Shown one piece after another: positions 10,501-16,500 of a stretch of DNA of 31,296 bases (position 1 is its first letter; the number at the start of each line of letters is the position of its first letter). The DNA comes from a virus (lineage: Duplodnaviria > Caudoviricetes): positions 1-31,296 of IMG/VR virus record IMGVR_UViG_3300017774_005843; one strand, written 5' to 3'. The position numbers and the translations under genes were made by a program. The notes beneath the pieces are model-generated. The model did not search any database. It had not been told where the DNA came from and was given only the letters and a program-made list of their open reading frames with translations.

Positions 10501-13500
10501 GCAATGGTAACTGTGTTGCCTGATACTGCAAATGTACCAGGTGCCCCAACAATGCCATTGTCTTGGTTGATCAACTGGGTGTTGTTTAGATAAACAGTCA
10601 CAGGTGCTGTGACTGTGCCAAGCACTGTGTAAGCATTGCTGGAATCATTGTTTCGAATGAATCGTTGAACATTTCGGTCAAACACATATACTGCACCTGC
10701 TTGGGCCTGACCACTGACTGTTTGATCAGGTGTGCCTACCATGACCTGACGACCATCAGTGCTGCAACTTACTGAATGTCCAAATCTTGCGTCTGCCGCA
10801 AGTCCACCCACAGTAAGAGTGTTGACATATTTAAAATAACCTTGAGCATTGATCACAATTCCTATGCCAGCTGCTGGTACTGTAACAAAAGTCAACTGTT
10901 GTGTGCCAGCGTTGAATGTGTAGTCAATGTTGGGTCTATTCAACACACCATTGACTATGACGCTGAATGAATCAATGTTGGTTGCAGTAAAAAAGTTTGT
11001 GCTAAGATCAAACACTGTCTGCAATGCTGGTGGAGTGTATGCAATTGTAAATGCATTTACAGACCCTCCAGAGCCGATGGCTGTCACAGTCAACACCATG
11101 TCATTGACTCCGTTGACGCCTCCACCAAAGCTGGTGGCTGCAATAGTTATTGTATCGCTAACTGTGTATCCCAAACCAAAACTAGTTAGGCCAGTGCTGC
11201 CAGACAGGTCGCCGCCAGGTTGGCCAACTTGATTACGCACACGCCTAATTGTAAACTCTACGCCAGAGCCACCACCTGATGTGGCTGATTGTGGCACATC
11301 AAAATAAGTTTGTGCATCTATTTGTTGCACGTAGATACGTTGGATATCTACCAGTTTGTCTATTGCAGCAGCAGTAGATAGTTCAACTTCTGTCAATGCC
11401 GCATTGACTGTGTAATCAGTGCCCAGGATCAATATTTCTCCATCTACAGTGACTTTGAGTTGAGTGTCCTGATCAATCTGAATAGCGTCACTGATGTTGT
11501 AAGTTGTAGTAACACCATTACCGCGAACACGGAAAAACTGATTTTGCCAATCAACCACGCCATATGCATGTACTTGATTCAGACCCGGGGCTCCAATATA
11601 CATCCAGCGCTCGTCTGGACTCATGACCACACTGTAGCCAAATTCTCCTGCACCCGGTGTGGTGGTACTAGTAGTACCTGGCTGAGTCAACAGTTGCCAT
11701 TGCGCAAACGGAATTATACCAGGTTGCCCCAGCGCAGGATCACGATAGATTACAGCAGCATAACCGTTGTTGGCTTGACCTTGTGGTCCAAGGCTTGCAC
11801 TTGCTCCAGCTACGGCCCAGGTCTGATTGCCAAAATCCACAGCATTGCCGTAACCTCTAACACCGTCAATTTCCAAAGTCAGCACTGCATCTTCATTAGG
11901 TCCCAATGGACTCACAGGATTATATGCTGCGGAAACATCTCTCAAAAACACATACACGCCGCCGCGTTGATTCAGCGAACTGTCGTCAGACACTGCGTAA
12001 TGCGGACTTCCAATCAACACTGCCAATCTATTTTTTGCTTGTGCAATGCTGGTGCCAAATTGTTCTCCAGCTTGCACTACATCTTGGTCAGGAACTATGG
12101 TAGTAATATTTTCAAAGGCCTGCTGCTTTTCCAACACTGACCAAGCACCTGCACCGTTGTTGTCTACCCATACACGGGCACCTGAGCGAATTTCATTAGC
12201 ATAAGGCAAGTCGGCAATGTCACTGGCCTGTGCCACACGCATGGTCTGAAGTGTGAATCCCAGACCTTGTCCATTGGCCACTGTACGATCTCCAACAAAC
12301 TGGAACACAATGTTCACTGTGTTGATATTTGGTATGCCTACTACATCGTAAACACCATTGACTTCATCATCAAAAAATTTAATAATCAGTTTGTCGCCAA
12401 TGGAAAGATTGTGTTCTTTACTAAAAATTACTCGACTGGTGTCATTCAAATTGTCGCACACATGATCCACAGTGCCTGGTACTGCCTGAGCACGATAGAT
12501 GTTCCAGTCGTGGTTGTTGATCTTGGCCACCCAAATAGTAGTTCCAACTTCGATGTTGTCAATGTTCTCATTGAGGCTTGTAACATCGTTGATGTCAAAC
12601 ACAGTGATGTCAGCATCGTTGATATTCACATAGCCTGCTGTGGGCAATGCAATGTCAGTTGGTAATGTAGTTGTGGTTGGCAAAATGTCAGGCGAAGTCA
12701 GCCGATAACTTTGACGCCACACATCACTCAACAAGATTGTTTGATCAGCATCACTGGTCTGTTGAGGCACAACTACTTGCACCAGGCTTGGGTTTGAATT
12801 TAATAATGCACGATTTAATCGCAGTTCAAAAAAACTGCGATTGGCATTGGCTCCATACACTGCACGTTGCACGGCCCAGTTTTCGTATATGTCATAGTCA
12901 GCTGCTTCTTTTCCAAAGTTAGCACCTTTAAACAGTTCAGCGCTGAGAGCAGTGCCTTTTGATCCCAAGAACTGGCGGTACACGTTGACTTGACTCACAT
13001 CGTCAAGATTCAGTGCTGCCATGTATTCACGAGGACGGAATCCAATCAGGCCGTAACTCAACAAATCGTTGTCACTATCAATGTTGGCACTGTTGATGTT
13101 GTAACTGTTGACCAACTGGTCGGCTTTGTTGGCCAGGTTGGGCAGGAGTCCCAGTTCAATTTGTGTATAATCGCTTTGTGTCCAATCGCCAAAATTAAAG
13201 TTTGCACTGGGTTGAACAATGGTTAGTGCACTCCAGAATACGTTTTTATACTTGACAATTTCGCCTTTGCTGTAGATGCGAGTTCCGGTCCATTCTTCAA
13301 CATTGTTTTGATTTAAAATAAATCCAGGAGCATCAACACTGCCGTTCCAACCTGTACTAGTTACCGCAACTAAATTAAGTCTGCTTTGTCTTGCGCCGGT
13401 AACAGGATTATAAATTAAATCTCCAAACACACTTTGATTGCTCAACACAACCATGTGTTCGTAGGTGGTATAACTTAGATCAACAAAACTTATGGCGTTA

Positions 13501-16500
13501 GAGTTCAGAGCCTGAATTACAAATGTGTTGTCCAGTCTCACAATGTTTAGATTACGAGTAGGAAACTCCTGGCTGTTTTGATCCAACACACTGTTTTCAG
13601 CCGTTTGTGCACGAATTGAATCCACAATAGCCTGTGGCTTGGTAACTGTGAGACCAGCTGCCAATGGATTTATGTTGATAATAGCATCAGTGTCCCAGCC
13701 TTGTTGACTCCAGTACATGAATTCATTGACCATTCTTGGCCAATCAAGCACATAACCATTGGCAATTTCTGTAAAACTTAGACCTTGACGTTCTAAAAAT
13801 TGTCCATAACTCAACAAAAAGTCTGCTACGCTGGTCACACTAGAGAATTCAAATCCGTATGGAACTTGAACCACTGTGTCAGTGTAGAATGTGGGCACAC
13901 GAATGGTTATGCCACCATTGGTATATGTTTGCAAACGACCAGTTGCTCGACTTTCAAGTATGTTAAAGTAAGGCTGAACAGTGCTGTATCCGTTGACAAC
14001 AAAGCCGCCGGCCTGGGTTCGTTGTATGGTCACACTGCTGTAACTCACACGATCAAACGGTTGATTCTTGTACAACAAAATGTCATAACTTTCGTCAGGA
14101 ATCAACAGCGCAGTATTGGTACTGTTGGGACTTGACTTTTCTGTGTATAGTTTGATATATTGTTTGTCACTGAAACTGGCCATGCGATAGCACAGTCGAA
14201 CGTCTAGGCTCTTGAGATCTGCTGTGAGATTGTCTGTGGAGTCCATGCCTGTAATACGATTGTAATCCACAATCCAGTTGATATAACTGGCCTTGCTGAC
14301 ACCATTGCCATATACTTCAATACCATTGGCATCCAGTCTGAATCGGTTGTTGTAAAGATACTGCTGATAGTCTTCATTGTAACGATACAGATCTCGGTCA
14401 GCAAACAGTGCAAAGAATTTTGCTGGTCGTGTAAGAGCCAGCACTCGCATGGCTGCAAAAGGATAAGCAGAACTGTTCCACCAGGACGCTTCTACAGGAC
14501 CACCGTCGCCCACAATCCAGGATTTCTGAAACTGTGTTTCGTTAAATGTGCCCATGATACTTTGCGCTGGGCTCAACAGTTCGCCTTCAGATCCAGTAGG
14601 TAATATTTCTAACAGGCCTGGTCGTGCATATGCTTCAGCAAAGTATGGAGCAATAGGGTCTGCCACATAACCAGCAGCCATGTCGTCCCACAACACCAAG
14701 TTGTCTCGTGTGTAAGGTGCAGGGCCATAACGCTCGTTCCACCAGGTGGGACGAATACTCAAACCCACCATTTCCCATGGAGTGTATTCAGGCTGTTGAG
14801 TATCGTAGGTATAGCGATAAATTCCCCGCCAGGCTCCCAACATGTTTTGATTGTTCAGTTTGTTTTGTGCACTGCTGTAGTTCCAGGTGAATTCGTTATT
14901 GACCTGATATTGTTGTTGTTTGTAATCCAGTTTGTTCCAGCCACAATAGCTCAAGAAGTCTTGGCTGAGAATGCTGTTGATTTCTTCAAAACTATAACCA
15001 GTGGTACGGAACTGGCCTGGTATCACATCAGTCATGTCCAGCGGCACAGGGTTGCCATCTAGTTTTAAGTTGTTGTAAATTCTGGTTTCAAATTCCAACA
15101 ACACCTGGTCTCGAATGTCTCCAAACACAGGAGTAGTGCTGCCGTCGTGACCTTGAATGGCTTCAATTGTGCCTGTGCTGGTTTTTTGCAGCACAATGCT
15201 CGGTTGGTATGCAGGATACAGTCCTAATTTGGTAGGAGTGTTGGGCACAAAACTGCCATAGGTGTTGGCATATTCGTTGATCACAATGGTGTCACCTGTG
15301 ACCAATGGCGTGATAATAGTGATTCGAGGACCGTCTGTGGCCACCACATAATTTACATCACGAGTCAACAACTGTTCGTTGCGATATACCAACAGGCCAA
15401 GATAGTTGGCTGATGTGTAGTTGTACACCTGCACAGTATCAAATGTAGTACCAGTAACAAAGCCTACAGTGTAGGTGTTGCTGGCCACAGTGACCCCTGT
15501 GGGAATCATGTCGCTCCAGTAAAACGGCTGACTGTCTAACTTGCCCAGAGTCACATCCTGAATAGCAGTGTCCAACACCTGAGCGGTGTTACGGAAACCA
15601 ATATTTTGACTCAACACAGCATCCAGCATCTGTGCTTTGAATTTAAGGTACTCGCGACCGTTGTACTGTAGCGAACTAAAAATGTTGTATTCTCGGCTGC
15701 GCAGGAAGTATCCAGCCAGGGTCAGCGGTGCACTTTGTTGCAAGATGTTTAGGCCGTAGGGCACTACGTTGCCAAGGTCACGCAGGTTGTTGGCACCGTT
15801 TATCTTGCCTGTGAGTCCAGGTAAGTTTTCGCAAATGCTTTGATAGTGCGAACGAACAGTACCCAGGGTAAACAAATTTGAGTTTTCGTTCAGTGGGTTT
15901 GACTCAAGGTTAACAGGCACCTGATAAAACGCAATTTGACTGGTTTGCTCGCTCAACACCAAAACTTCAATCACATCTTCAGGAGCATAAGTCTCATTGA
16001 GAGTGATTGTGGTGCTGTCTGCCGTGGTAGTATATGTATAAGTGGTGGTATCTTGAAACACCGAACCCGCATAAATTTTAATCACTGGCACAGCAATAGA
16101 TGTCTGAGGCAAAACCGCAACGTCTAGTTTGAGTGTTGTACCCAAGTAGTTAAATTTGAATTGTTGATAGATCTGGCTGGTTACCGCAGCAGTTTGCCAA
16201 CCAATCAACTTTTGATAATCAGTACGAGTTTGATATTCTTGTACGGTTCCTTGATCAATACCTAGTGTCACACTGGCGTTGTCTTCAACATACAAGAATG
16301 TGTCCTTGTACAAATTGTTTTCAAACACAATGTCGCCAACGTTGTTGATGTTCAAATACTGCAATGGAAATTGCAACACAGGGTCAAGTATATTGGTGTC
16401 GCCCACTGCATAACTGAACAATTTGCTACCAGCAAATGTTGTGCTGGGGTACTTGGTGTTGTTGCCAAAACTTACTCCTGCTGCGTCGTACACATTGTAC

